DNA of 64,000 nucleotides from a virus (taxonomy: Duplodnaviria; Caudoviricetes), in IMG/VR virus record IMGVR_UViG_3300031996_000004, positions 5,931 through 69,930 of that record, one strand, 5' to 3'. Shown piece by piece: positions 28,636 through 36,761 of this stretch (the stretch's first letter is position 1; each line of letters begins with the position of its first letter). The notes beneath the pieces were generated by a model, which searched no databases, had not been told where the DNA came from, and worked only from the letters and a program-made list of their open reading frames with translations. The translations under genes were made by a program, and so were the position numbers.

Positions 28636-29817
28636 TCAGTAGCCCATCAGCGAGTCGAGGTCATGGTCCTTGCGCATCCCCTTGCCGTGGATGCTGAACC
28701 CGGTGCGGCCGCCCTTCTTGACCTCGGCCCAGGTGTCGTCGTCGTGGATCTTGAAGCCGACCCACCAACCGCGCGGGAAGTCGTGCGGCAGGCCCATCTT
28801 GGCGATCTTGTCGTCGGTGAAGACGATCGACTCGACCAGGTCGGAGACCTTGTGCGGCGCCTCACCGGCGCGACGGTGCATGTCGCCGCCGACGCGGCTC
28901 TTGTGCACGTAGTCGTAGGCGGCCTTCTCGATGTCGTCGGTGGTGATGTAGTCGCCCTGCCGGTCGATCACCGGGGAGCCATTGAGCTCGGTGACGCTGG
29001 CCCAACCGAAGGCCAGGCGCTGGTCGTCGTCGAGCTTGGAGAACTCCCCGGTCCAGGTCACGTCGACGGTGCCGTCGGCTTTGCCGTAGTAGGCGTCCTC
29101 GAGCGCGGCGCTCTTGGCGTTGCGGCGCGCGGTGTTGGCGCGCCCGACTGCTCCTGCGCCGACTGCGCCAGCGGCCAGTCCAGTGCGTCCCTCGGCCGTC
29201 GTCAGCACCCGGCCTGTGAGCTGTCCGGCGCGCTCTGCGCGGCTCTTGGGCTTGGCAGCCCGGACCACCTCGCCAGGCACGACATCGTGGCTGGCTGGCA
29301 CCAGTTCGCCCATCTGCTTGACGTGGCCGGCGACAACCTTGCCCAGCGCAGGAGTGCTGACCTTGCCGACCTTCTCCTTCTTGCGAGCGAAGGCCTGCCG
29401 GCCAGTGACCGCACTGGAGTTGATGTCACCGGCGACGTTGAGCCCCTGACCTGCGGCAATGAGCCCGGCAGCCACCTTTGCCTTGGTCGGGATGAGCTTG
29501 CCGCCGCCGACCTTGCTGCGGGCGGCCCGGATAGCGTCCTTGGTGGCCAGTACGCCCATGGTGCCGCCAAAGGCATTGGAGGCGAAGGCGGCCTGCGCCT
29601 GGCGGCGCTGTCCGCTGGCGTGCACGTCTGCCTGGTCGGGCCCGGCCTTGATGACCTCGTCCCACACCTCGTCGGCGTCGATCAGGTCGCCGTACAGGGT
29701 CTTGCAGAGCGCGACGAACTCCGGCGTCGCGCCATGACGGGCGATGGCGGAGGGCGAGGCAGTCACGTCAGACATCATCGCGGGTGGGCTCCCATCTAGT
29801 CGGCCAGACACGCTCAC
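28636..29817 (-). CDS. Prohead maturation protease, XkdF-like (S78-type serine peptidase), with long N-terminal extension
   Basis: C-terminal domain DQRLAFGWASV...DRQGDYI..DDIEKAAY...GDMH...LVES...GWWVGFKIHDDDTWAEVKKGGRTGFSIHG. GTGA overlap start at 29817 (alternative ATG at 29778). Confidence 0.85.
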   Translation of the reverse strand: MSVSGRLDGSPPAMMSDVTASPSAIARHGATPEFVALCKTLYGDLIDADEVWDEVIKAGPDQADVHASGQRRQAQAAFASNAFGGTMGVLATKDAIRAARSKVGGGKLIPTKAKVAAGLIAAGQGLNVAGDINSSAVTGRQAFARKKEKVGKVSTPALGKVVAGHVKQMGELVPASHDVVPGEVVRAAKPKSRAERAGQLTGRVLTTAEGRTGLAAGAVGAGAVGRANTARRNAKSAALEDAYYGKADGTVDVTWTGEFSKLDDDQRLAFGWASVTELNGSPVIDRQGDYITTDDIEKAAYDYVHKSRVGGDMHRRAGEAPHKVSDLVESIVFTDDKIAKMGLPHDFPRGWWVGFKIHDDDTWAEVKKGGRTGFSIHGKGMRKDHDLDSLMGY

Positions 29818-32699
29818 GACCGGTTCTGCATACGGTATCGGCGCACCGGAGCGTTCTGGAGGCGGAACTGGTGCATGACGGCGTTGATCGGGGTGGGACT
29901 GTCCGGCAGCGCGGAGAGCACGTCGGTCAGCACTCCGGTGTCGCCATGGCGGATCAGCATCTCGGTGGATCGGTACTTGCCCAGGTCGATCAGCTCGACG
30001 GGGTTGGAGAGGTCGAGGTCGTCGTCCACCTCGACCAGCGCCTGTTCCTGGATCGGGAAGCGGTTGGCGTACAGCACGTAGCCGCCGCCGTTCTCGGCGT
30101 AGTCGATGTGCAGCTGGGCGACGTCGGGGAAGGAGTCGAAGATCTGCCGGATGTGCTCGCCCATAGCGATCTCGTCGGCCTCGGTGCGCAGCGGCCCCTT
30201 GCCGGCGGGCTTGCGCTGCCAGACGTAGCCCTTGGTCGGCTCGCCCTCCCTAGAGCGGATCTCGGCGTCGACGTTGTCGCTCATGCTGACCACGGCTTCA
30301 CTGCCGTCCAGCTCTGTCTTCTTGCGCAGCAGGTGCAACGCCGGGCCGTAGATCGGGATGACGCCGGACTTGTCCGGCTCGGGCAGCTTGGACAGGATCT
30401 CTGCGAACTCCGCCCCGGTCATCAGCCGGTAGCGCCGGCGGTCGTCCAGGACCGGCATCTCCTTGCGCTGTTCCTCGGGCATCGTTGCCACAGGACTGCT
30501 GGCATGCAGGGCCGAGCGAAGCGCCGAGCGCAGCTTGGCCGGCTCTGGACGGGCGCTCAGCGATGCGCTCATCCGAGCAACCGGCGTTGCCGAACGGGTC
30601 ACTGCGCTGGGACGAGCGATGCGCATCTGCCGCTGCTGACGAGGCTGACGGGGCTGACGGGGTGCCACCGCAGGCTTCTCCTTGACCGGCTCAGGCAGCT
30701 CGACTCCAGGCAGCCGGATCGGGGCAATCTGGCTGGTGCGGGTCTCGACCTCCGAGAACCTGCCGCGGGAGTCCCGGTCGTAGCGGTCGCCGCCCATCGC
30801 CTTGCCGAAGCGGCCCGGGAAGATCTTGCCGGTGTTCTCCGTGGTCAGCAGCTCAACTTCGTCCTCGTCGACCGGCTTGAGCACGTAGCGCAGCACGATC
30901 ACCTTGTTCACCGGGTCGTAGAGCTTCAGCGGCTCGGAGCCGACCACGAAGGCCTGGTTTCGGTCGATGTGCACCTGCGGAGAGCGGAAGCCGCCCTCGA
31001 CGCCACCACGCACCTCGTCGGCAACGACGTACTCGTGCACCATCGGCAGGTTGTAGTCGCCGTACTGGTCTCGGGTAGGCACCACTGCCCAGTGCGCGCT
31101 GTCGTCGTAGTAGTCCTGCGCCACCAAGGAGTGCCGGTATGCCTCGTCCTCCAACCGTGGCACCACCTGGCCATCGGCGTTGGTGCTGACGTCGGTGGCC
31201 AGCAGCTCTCGGCGCCGACGCAGCTCGTCATCCAGCGACCCGCTGGTGAGTACGTCATCCGGACCGACCCTGGAGACCAGCGGGTCGACCACGCCGATGG
31301 AGGCGGTGTCTCCCAGCTCAGCCTTGGCCGCGGAAGCCGCCTCACGCAGAGACGCAGCAGACTGGTGGGTGTAGCGCGAGGACCGCTCACCGCGCCCAGA
31401 CGGGTCGTCGGGGTCCATCATCTGCGGACCGTCGTAGGGAATCGCGTCGATAAGCGCGTGCGCGCGCAGCAGCAGCGGCGGGTCACCGATCAGGTTGCCT
31501 TCCACCGGCACCATGGAGCGTCGAGTGGCCATGCCCTCGGGCAGGGTCAGGTGGAAGGTCAGCCACTCCCCGTTCGGGGTGTGCATCATCCCGTACTGGT
31601 TGGGCTCCTCCTTGACCTCGAGCGCCGTGCCAGAGAAGTCCTTGCTGCGCCGGACGGGTCCGGGCGTGTCCTTGGGTACCGCCTGCGAGTCGGCGTTGGC
31701 CGCCTTCAGGTGCGCCTGCGGGCTGGCCAGCACCTGAGCGAGCTTGGCCTGCAGGGCAGGACTGGCATGCAGCGACGCCGACATCGTGGCGCTCTGTTGA
31801 GCGTGCGCCTGCGGCGCGGAGCGCTGCGCTCGAGGTTGCCGCTGCTGGCGCTGGGTGCGCTGCTGGCGAGGCTTGCGCGCTACTGGTGGGGCTGCCGGCT
31901 GGTCGGCCACCTTGGGGGCGCCGCCGATGCCTAACCGCTGGCGTAACCGCTCCAGCGGCGACTGCTCCTTGACAGGCTCGGGCAGCTGGATGCCGGGGAT
32001 CTGGATGGATGAGTCGCGGCCCTCGCGCACAGGCGGCCCTGCGTGCGGCGAGGCATGCACGAAGCGGCCAGTGGTTGCATCCCGGGGGTGCTCGCGCTCC
32101 TCCCAGCCCTCCGAGGAGTCCCCCAGCTCGCGGGCGTGCCCGGTGGGCGACTTGGAGACCGTCTCCTTGATCCCGGCCGACTCCTGCTCGACGAGCTTGG
32201 AGACGTAGCCCAGCAAGGCGCGGTCAGCGGCGTCGGTCAGCACCGCAGGGTTCACTCGCGGGTCGGCGGCCAGCGAGGTGTACTTGCCGAGCTCCTTGGC
32301 CGGCACGCCGAACACCGCGCCAGCACGCTGGGCAGCCAGCGGCGGCGCGACGCCCTTGGAGACGCACGTGCGGTACAGCGACAGCGCGCTGGTCTCGGCG
32401 TCATCGAACACGTCGCGCAGCAGCAGCCCGGCGTAGGTCGGCTCGAGAGCCTTGCTCACGGTGTCCACAGCCGGGCCGGCTACCGCCGCCCGGCACCGGG
32501 CCAAGGCGTCCAGCAGGCCCATCTCGGATGGCACCGCTCCCTTGGCCACCGCCTCGCACGCGGCCGCCCCAGCTCGATGGACCGCCAGCAACGCGCTGCC
32601 CAGGTCACCAGCCGCGTCCCCGCCGGGCTCGAGCAAGGCGAGCACCACCTGGTCCGGCTCGACGGTGGCGCGCTGGGGCGCCCACCACCGCTGGGTCAC
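29814..32699 (-). CDS. Large head-module protein (961 aa) with two related modules
   Basis: Five VxK motifs at the N-terminus; two RDxxGRF motifs; duplicated LPEPVKE + Q/R-rich linker. Confidence 0.75.
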   Translation of the reverse strand: MTQRWWAPQRATVEPDQVVLALLEPGGDAAGDLGSALLAVHRAGAAACEAVAKGAVPSEMGLLDALARCRAAVAGPAVDTVSKALEPTYAGLLLRDVFDDAETSALSLYRTCVSKGVAPPLAAQRAGAVFGVPAKELGKYTSLAADPRVNPAVLTDAADRALLGYVSKLVEQESAGIKETVSKSPTGHARELGDSSEGWEEREHPRDATTGRFVHASPHAGPPVREGRDSSIQIPGIQLPEPVKEQSPLERLRQRLGIGGAPKVADQPAAPPVARKPRQQRTQRQQRQPRAQRSAPQAHAQQSATMSASLHASPALQAKLAQVLASPQAHLKAANADSQAVPKDTPGPVRRSKDFSGTALEVKEEPNQYGMMHTPNGEWLTFHLTLPEGMATRRSMVPVEGNLIGDPPLLLRAHALIDAIPYDGPQMMDPDDPSGRGERSSRYTHQSAASLREAASAAKAELGDTASIGVVDPLVSRVGPDDVLTSGSLDDELRRRRELLATDVSTNADGQVVPRLEDEAYRHSLVAQDYYDDSAHWAVVPTRDQYGDYNLPMVHEYVVADEVRGGVEGGFRSPQVHIDRNQAFVVGSEPLKLYDPVNKVIVLRYVLKPVDEDEVELLTTENTGKIFPGRFGKAMGGDRYDRDSRGRFSEVETRTSQIAPIRLPGVELPEPVKEKPAVAPRQPRQPRQQRQMRIARPSAVTRSATPVARMSASLSARPEPAKLRSALRSALHASSPVATMPEEQRKEMPVLDDRRRYRLMTGAEFAEILSKLPEPDKSGVIPIYGPALHLLRKKTELDGSEAVVSMSDNVDAEIRSREGEPTKGYVWQRKPAGKGPLRTEADEIAMGEHIRQIFDSFPDVAQLHIDYAENGGGYVLYANRFPIQEQALVEVDDDLDLSNPVELIDLGKYRSTEMLIRHGDTGVLTDVLSALPDSPTPINAVMHQFRLQNAPVRRYRMQNRS

Positions 32700-33115
32700 T
32701 GGCCGATCTCTCGGCGGGCAGGGTCGATCACGTGCCGCACGATAGCGGGAGGCTGGATCTTGGCGTCGACCTCACGCATCGCATCGAACACCTCCTGCGC
32801 CTCGGGGACCCGGTAGCCGGTGGCGTACCGGCCAGACTTGTACTTGTCGAGTATCCGGTTGATGTCGAGCATCGTCTTGGGCAACAGCAGGTCGTTGAAG
32901 GACAGGTCCTGGCCACGGTCGATCTGCTTGGCCAACTGCGGGCTCAGCGCGACCGCGGCAATGCCGAGGTCGTGTCCGGCCTGCTCGAGCTGCTTGGGCG
33001 TGGGCCAGTCGGGCATGATCTGGCCACGCTGCGCGAGCTTGCCGAGCGCCGCAGCAGCACGGTGCACGGGCTCGATGAGAGCCCGGTCGATGTAGAGGTT
33101 CGCCTGGTTCTCCAC
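32696..33115 (-). CDS. Hypothetical head-module protein
   Basis: 139 aa; its stop overlaps the next GTG. Confidence 0.6.
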   Translation of the reverse strand: MENQANLYIDRALIEPVHRAAAALGKLAQRGQIMPDWPTPKQLEQAGHDLGIAAVALSPQLAKQIDRGQDLSFNDLLLPKTMLDINRILDKYKSGRYATGYRVPEAQEVFDAMREVDAKIQPPAIVRHVIDPARREIGQ

Positions 33116-33147
33116 CGCGTCGCCCAGCGGCGACGCCGGTGGAACTG

Positions 33148-36100
33148 CTAGCTCGCCAGTGACTCGAGGTACTTGCGCACCATTGCCTTGGTCTGCGGGC
33201 TCTGCGCGCTGAACACGGGCTTCAGGCTGCCGCGGCTCAGCGACTTCCCGACCGGCTGATCCGGCCCCTGCGGGGCCTGGTCTTTTCCCGGGCCGCCAGT
33301 CTGGAGCTCCAGCGCCTGCGCTGCCTCCACGACGTCGAAGGCCTTCAGGAACGCCCAGGCACGCTGCATCTGGTGCAGCTGCGCCTTGGCGGCCGGGTCC
33401 TGGCCCTGGTTGCGGTAGTTGGTCACAGCGCGGCGCACCAGGTCGCCTTGCGAGCGCGCCTGGCTGAGCGCGGAGACAGCCTGCACGAACATCGGCTCCT
33501 GCTGCTCCATGTTCGACAGGAACTGGTTGAGCTTCTCCGGGGTGTTGAGCACGATGATGTCCGCGAACGGCTGCGGCTTGGGGTCCTCACGGTCCGGCAG
33601 CGCGTTGTCGGGGTCTGGCGCCGGCTCGGCGTAGGGGTGCGCGAGGTCGATCAGACGCATCATGTCGTCGACCGCCTGGGTCACCTGCGGCTCCTGGTGG
33701 GCCGCACCGAGCTGCTCGAGCATCCCCGGCGCAGCGTGAGCGTAGGACTCCAGCCCCTGCTTGATGGCGCGCCGGTCGTCGTCGGTGGCCTCAGTGGCCA
33801 GCCACTTGGCCAGCCCGGCCGACTTGCCGTGCTTGTTGTAGGCCCACTTCAGGTAGAGCGGGCCACCGATGTTGCGCGCCGCCTCGTTGTCGTAGCTGTC
33901 CCCGATCGGCTCGCCGAAGTCCATCGGGCCGATCATGTTCAGCGCCTTGTAGGCGCTGTCGGCCAGGGCGTCCTGGAAGCCAGGTGCAGAGGAGGCCAAG
34001 TCTGTCAGCCTGACCTCGGGCTTGGCCTGCTGGCGACCCTGCTCAGCAGTGCGCTGCACAGGCTGCTGGCCGCTCTCGCGAGCCGGCTTGCCCTGCTCGC
34101 CCTCGGCCTCCGGTTGCTCACCACGGCGTGCACCCTGGTCGAAGGGGGTCAGCCGGTCGGGCCGGACGTACCCCTTGTCGGGCCCAGCGAAGGTCGGGTG
34201 GTCGCCGCGCGGCAGGCCGCGCTGTTCGTTCCACTGCGGCAGCGGGCGCCAGTCGGCGCGCCGGATGTAGTAGGGGAACTCCTGCTTGAGCGCCTTGAGC
34301 GCGTCGGCGTAGCCCGGGCCGTCCAGCCGGTACATGCGGTAGGCCGACTCGCCCGCCTCCTGGCGGACCCGGCCCATCATCTCCCGGTGCAGGTCGCCAC
34401 GCTGAGAGGGGCTGGCGCCCCTCCAGTCCGGCAGGTCCTCCAGCCGGGCCATGGCCTCGGCCTCGATCTCCTGCTCGTCCAGACCGACGCTGGCCTCGAG
34501 CTGGCGGCGCTTGAGCTTGGCGTCGTAGTTGCGCTCGCCCTGCTCGCTGTCCCAGCCGGCTGCCTGGTAGGCCTCGCGGCGCAACCGGGACTTCTCGGCG
34601 GAGGGCAGGTCCTCGCGGACCTGCTTGCCGCTGGCGAGCACGCCGAGCAGCGCCTCGTAGCGGCCGACCATCTTGCGGGCCTTGTCGCTGTACCGCCGCC
34701 CACCGCGCAGGTTGGGGTCGAACTCGACGGTGAACACCCCGGAGTGGGAGACCACCTCGATCTGGCGGGCGCCGGACATCAGGCCGGCGTAGATGTCCTC
34801 GGTGGTCGGGCCACCGGACAGCCGGGTGCGCACGTACTGGCCGCCGCGCAGCTGGCCGAGGTTCTTCAGGTCGAAGGGCAGGTAGTGGTCGCCCTTGAAG
34901 CCCTGCGCCTGCACCACCACGTGGCCGTCGGCGTTGATGATGACGCCCTCGGACGGCGGGATCTCGTTGCTGGCGATCGAGAGCATCGCCACCTTCTCGT
35001 CGGGCAGGTTGCGCGACAGGATCGCCGCCGCGATGTCCCCGCTGGCGTACAGCTCCTGCTGGTCGCGAGTCAGGTTGCGACCGGCGTAGAAGGAGGTGAT
35101 GTGGCTGGCCGGGTCAGCCTCTCGGGCGTTGGCACGCCTGTGGATGTTTGCCTCGATGCGCTCGCGCTCCTCGCTGGCCCTGGGTGCGCTGGCCAGCGCA
35201 GCGAGCTGCTCGTTGGCGTAGCTCACCGACGAGGAGAGCTCCTCTGTGGGGCGACGCTCGGTGCCGCGGTAGCGGTAGGCGGTGCGCCGGATGCCAGGGC
35301 CGAGCACCTTCTCGGCTTCCGGGCCAAGGTCGCCGACCAGCTGGGCGAGCCCGCCGATCATGGACGCAGTGCTGCCAGGTGCGCTGACGGCGTTGAGCGC
35401 CTGCCCGGTCAGCTTCAGTCGGCGCATGCCCTGCATGTCGCCGCTGCGGTTCCACTCCCGGCCGGCCTGGTCCCAGTCACCGGGGTCAGGAGCCTGTCCG
35501 GCGAACCGGCCAAGGGCCTCCAGCGCCTGCGGGTCGGAGGTGAAGGCGGCTGCGGCGTTGAGCGCCGAGCGCTGCTTGAGCCCGTCACCGCGCCCGAGCT
35601 GACCGCGCTGGATGGAGATGCCGGACAGCGTCGCGTCGGGGTAGCGCTCCTGCTCCTCGATCAGCCGGTCTGGAGTCATCTCCCCGGCGATCATCGTGGT
35701 CTGCTCCTCGTCGGTACCGGTCACCACGAGCTTGCCGGTGGCCGGGTCGACCTCGGAGTTGCGCCAGTGCAGCGTCAGCGGGGTCTTCTCGTCGACCAGC
35801 TTGGCCCGCTGCCACTGCTGTGCGATCGCCGCACCCTGGGTGGCGTGCGCCTGCAGTCGCAGGTTCTCGTCCTTGGCCGGCGAGGGGCGCACGTTGCGCC
35901 GCGCGAACTGGCCCTTCTCGTCACGCGGGTGGCGCTGGTTGAAGATGGCCAGCGCGTTGCCGACCAGGCCCTTGGACACATAGGCGTCAATGATCGCCAG
36001 CCCCTGGGCATAGGGCAGGTCGTCCGGGACCTCCTCGCCGGACAGCGCCTTGCCGACGTGGGTACGCAGCAGCGCGGCCCGCGCCTTCTCTGCACGCTTG

Positions 36101-36267
36101 GCCATCATCACCGTGGCGGCCTTCTCGAGCACCTCACGGTGCTCGTCGATCTGGTCGCACAGGGACTCGTACAGCCCCAGGCGCACCAGCTCGATCGCCG
36201 CGCTCTCGTCGACGGCGGCGACCTTCATGACCGTGGCGAGGACGCCCTCGACCGGGACCAGACTCAT
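33148..36267 (-). CDS. Large head-module protein (1039 aa) with HPRDxxGxF motif and a degenerate JAB-like segment
   Basis: YVSKG...FNQRHPRDEKGQF; EGVIINADG...GGPTTEDI...VVSHSG; C-terminal PVGKS. Confidence 0.75.
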   Translation of the reverse strand: MSLVPVEGVLATVMKVAAVDESAAIELVRLGLYESLCDQIDEHREVLEKAATVMMAKRAEKARAALLRTHVGKALSGEEVPDDLPYAQGLAIIDAYVSKGLVGNALAIFNQRHPRDEKGQFARRNVRPSPAKDENLRLQAHATQGAAIAQQWQRAKLVDEKTPLTLHWRNSEVDPATGKLVVTGTDEEQTTMIAGEMTPDRLIEEQERYPDATLSGISIQRGQLGRGDGLKQRSALNAAAAFTSDPQALEALGRFAGQAPDPGDWDQAGREWNRSGDMQGMRRLKLTGQALNAVSAPGSTASMIGGLAQLVGDLGPEAEKVLGPGIRRTAYRYRGTERRPTEELSSSVSYANEQLAALASAPRASEERERIEANIHRRANAREADPASHITSFYAGRNLTRDQQELYASGDIAAAILSRNLPDEKVAMLSIASNEIPPSEGVIINADGHVVVQAQGFKGDHYLPFDLKNLGQLRGGQYVRTRLSGGPTTEDIYAGLMSGARQIEVVSHSGVFTVEFDPNLRGGRRYSDKARKMVGRYEALLGVLASGKQVREDLPSAEKSRLRREAYQAAGWDSEQGERNYDAKLKRRQLEASVGLDEQEIEAEAMARLEDLPDWRGASPSQRGDLHREMMGRVRQEAGESAYRMYRLDGPGYADALKALKQEFPYYIRRADWRPLPQWNEQRGLPRGDHPTFAGPDKGYVRPDRLTPFDQGARRGEQPEAEGEQGKPARESGQQPVQRTAEQGRQQAKPEVRLTDLASSAPGFQDALADSAYKALNMIGPMDFGEPIGDSYDNEAARNIGGPLYLKWAYNKHGKSAGLAKWLATEATDDDRRAIKQGLESYAHAAPGMLEQLGAAHQEPQVTQAVDDMMRLIDLAHPYAEPAPDPDNALPDREDPKPQPFADIIVLNTPEKLNQFLSNMEQQEPMFVQAVSALSQARSQGDLVRRAVTNYRNQGQDPAAKAQLHQMQRAWAFLKAFDVVEAAQALELQTGGPGKDQAPQGPDQPVGKSLSRGSLKPVFSAQSPQTKAMVRKYLESLAS

Positions 36268-36761
36268 CAGTGCCCTCCTGGGGTGTATGCCCTCATCCGC
36301 TGCAGCGCACTGGCTGCGACCCCGCCGGGGGAACTGGCGTACGAAGCGCGGCGCGAGCGTGCGTGCTCACCATAGAGCTCCGAGGCGCCACCGAACACGC
36401 CGCTGGCCAGACCAGCCGTCTCGAAGGCGCGGTGCGGGACGCGACGCAGCCCGGGCGCGCGCCGGGCCAGCAGCCCAGCGCCGGCCAGGGTAGCCCCGGC
36501 CAGCCCGACGTTGCGCCCGACCTCGGCGGCGTCCGCCCGGCGCTTCCACTTCTCGGCCTTGCGACCACCGGAGGCGATGTAGCGGGCCTCGTAGGCAGCC
36601 ATCCGCTGGTTGCGGTCCAGCGTCTTGGGCAGCGGGCCGCGGGTGTCGTAGCGCCGTGCGAGCTCGTCGGCGCGCCGGTCGCTCATGGTGGTGTCGAGCT
36701 TGGCCACCGTGGCGTCACCGCGGCGCACTGCCGAGCCGGTCATGCCCAGTCGTCCAGCCAT
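36267..36761 (-). CDS. Basic head-module protein with hydrophobic helices
   Basis: 164 aa; TVAK-LDTTMS; VGLAGATLAGAGLLA. Confidence 0.65.
   Translation of the reverse strand: MAGRLGMTGSAVRRGDATVAKLDTTMSDRRADELARRYDTRGPLPKTLDRNQRMAAYEARYIASGGRKAEKWKRRADAAEVGRNVGLAGATLAGAGLLARRAPGLRRVPHRAFETAGLASGVFGGASELYGEHARSRRASYASSPGGVAASALQRMRAYTPGGH

Noticed and set aside
29814-36267. Calling the large head proteins MuF (Phage_Mu_F) or ADP-ribosyltransferase toxins
   Set aside because: I could not find the MuF C-terminal HP.CRC motif or an ART R-S-ExE signature by eye; left as unknown payloads.
33373-36375. 1000-aa plus-strand ORF, and similar shadows at 3067-5409, 29784-31934 and 62006-63124
   Set aside because: Antisense to well-supported, translationally coupled genes.
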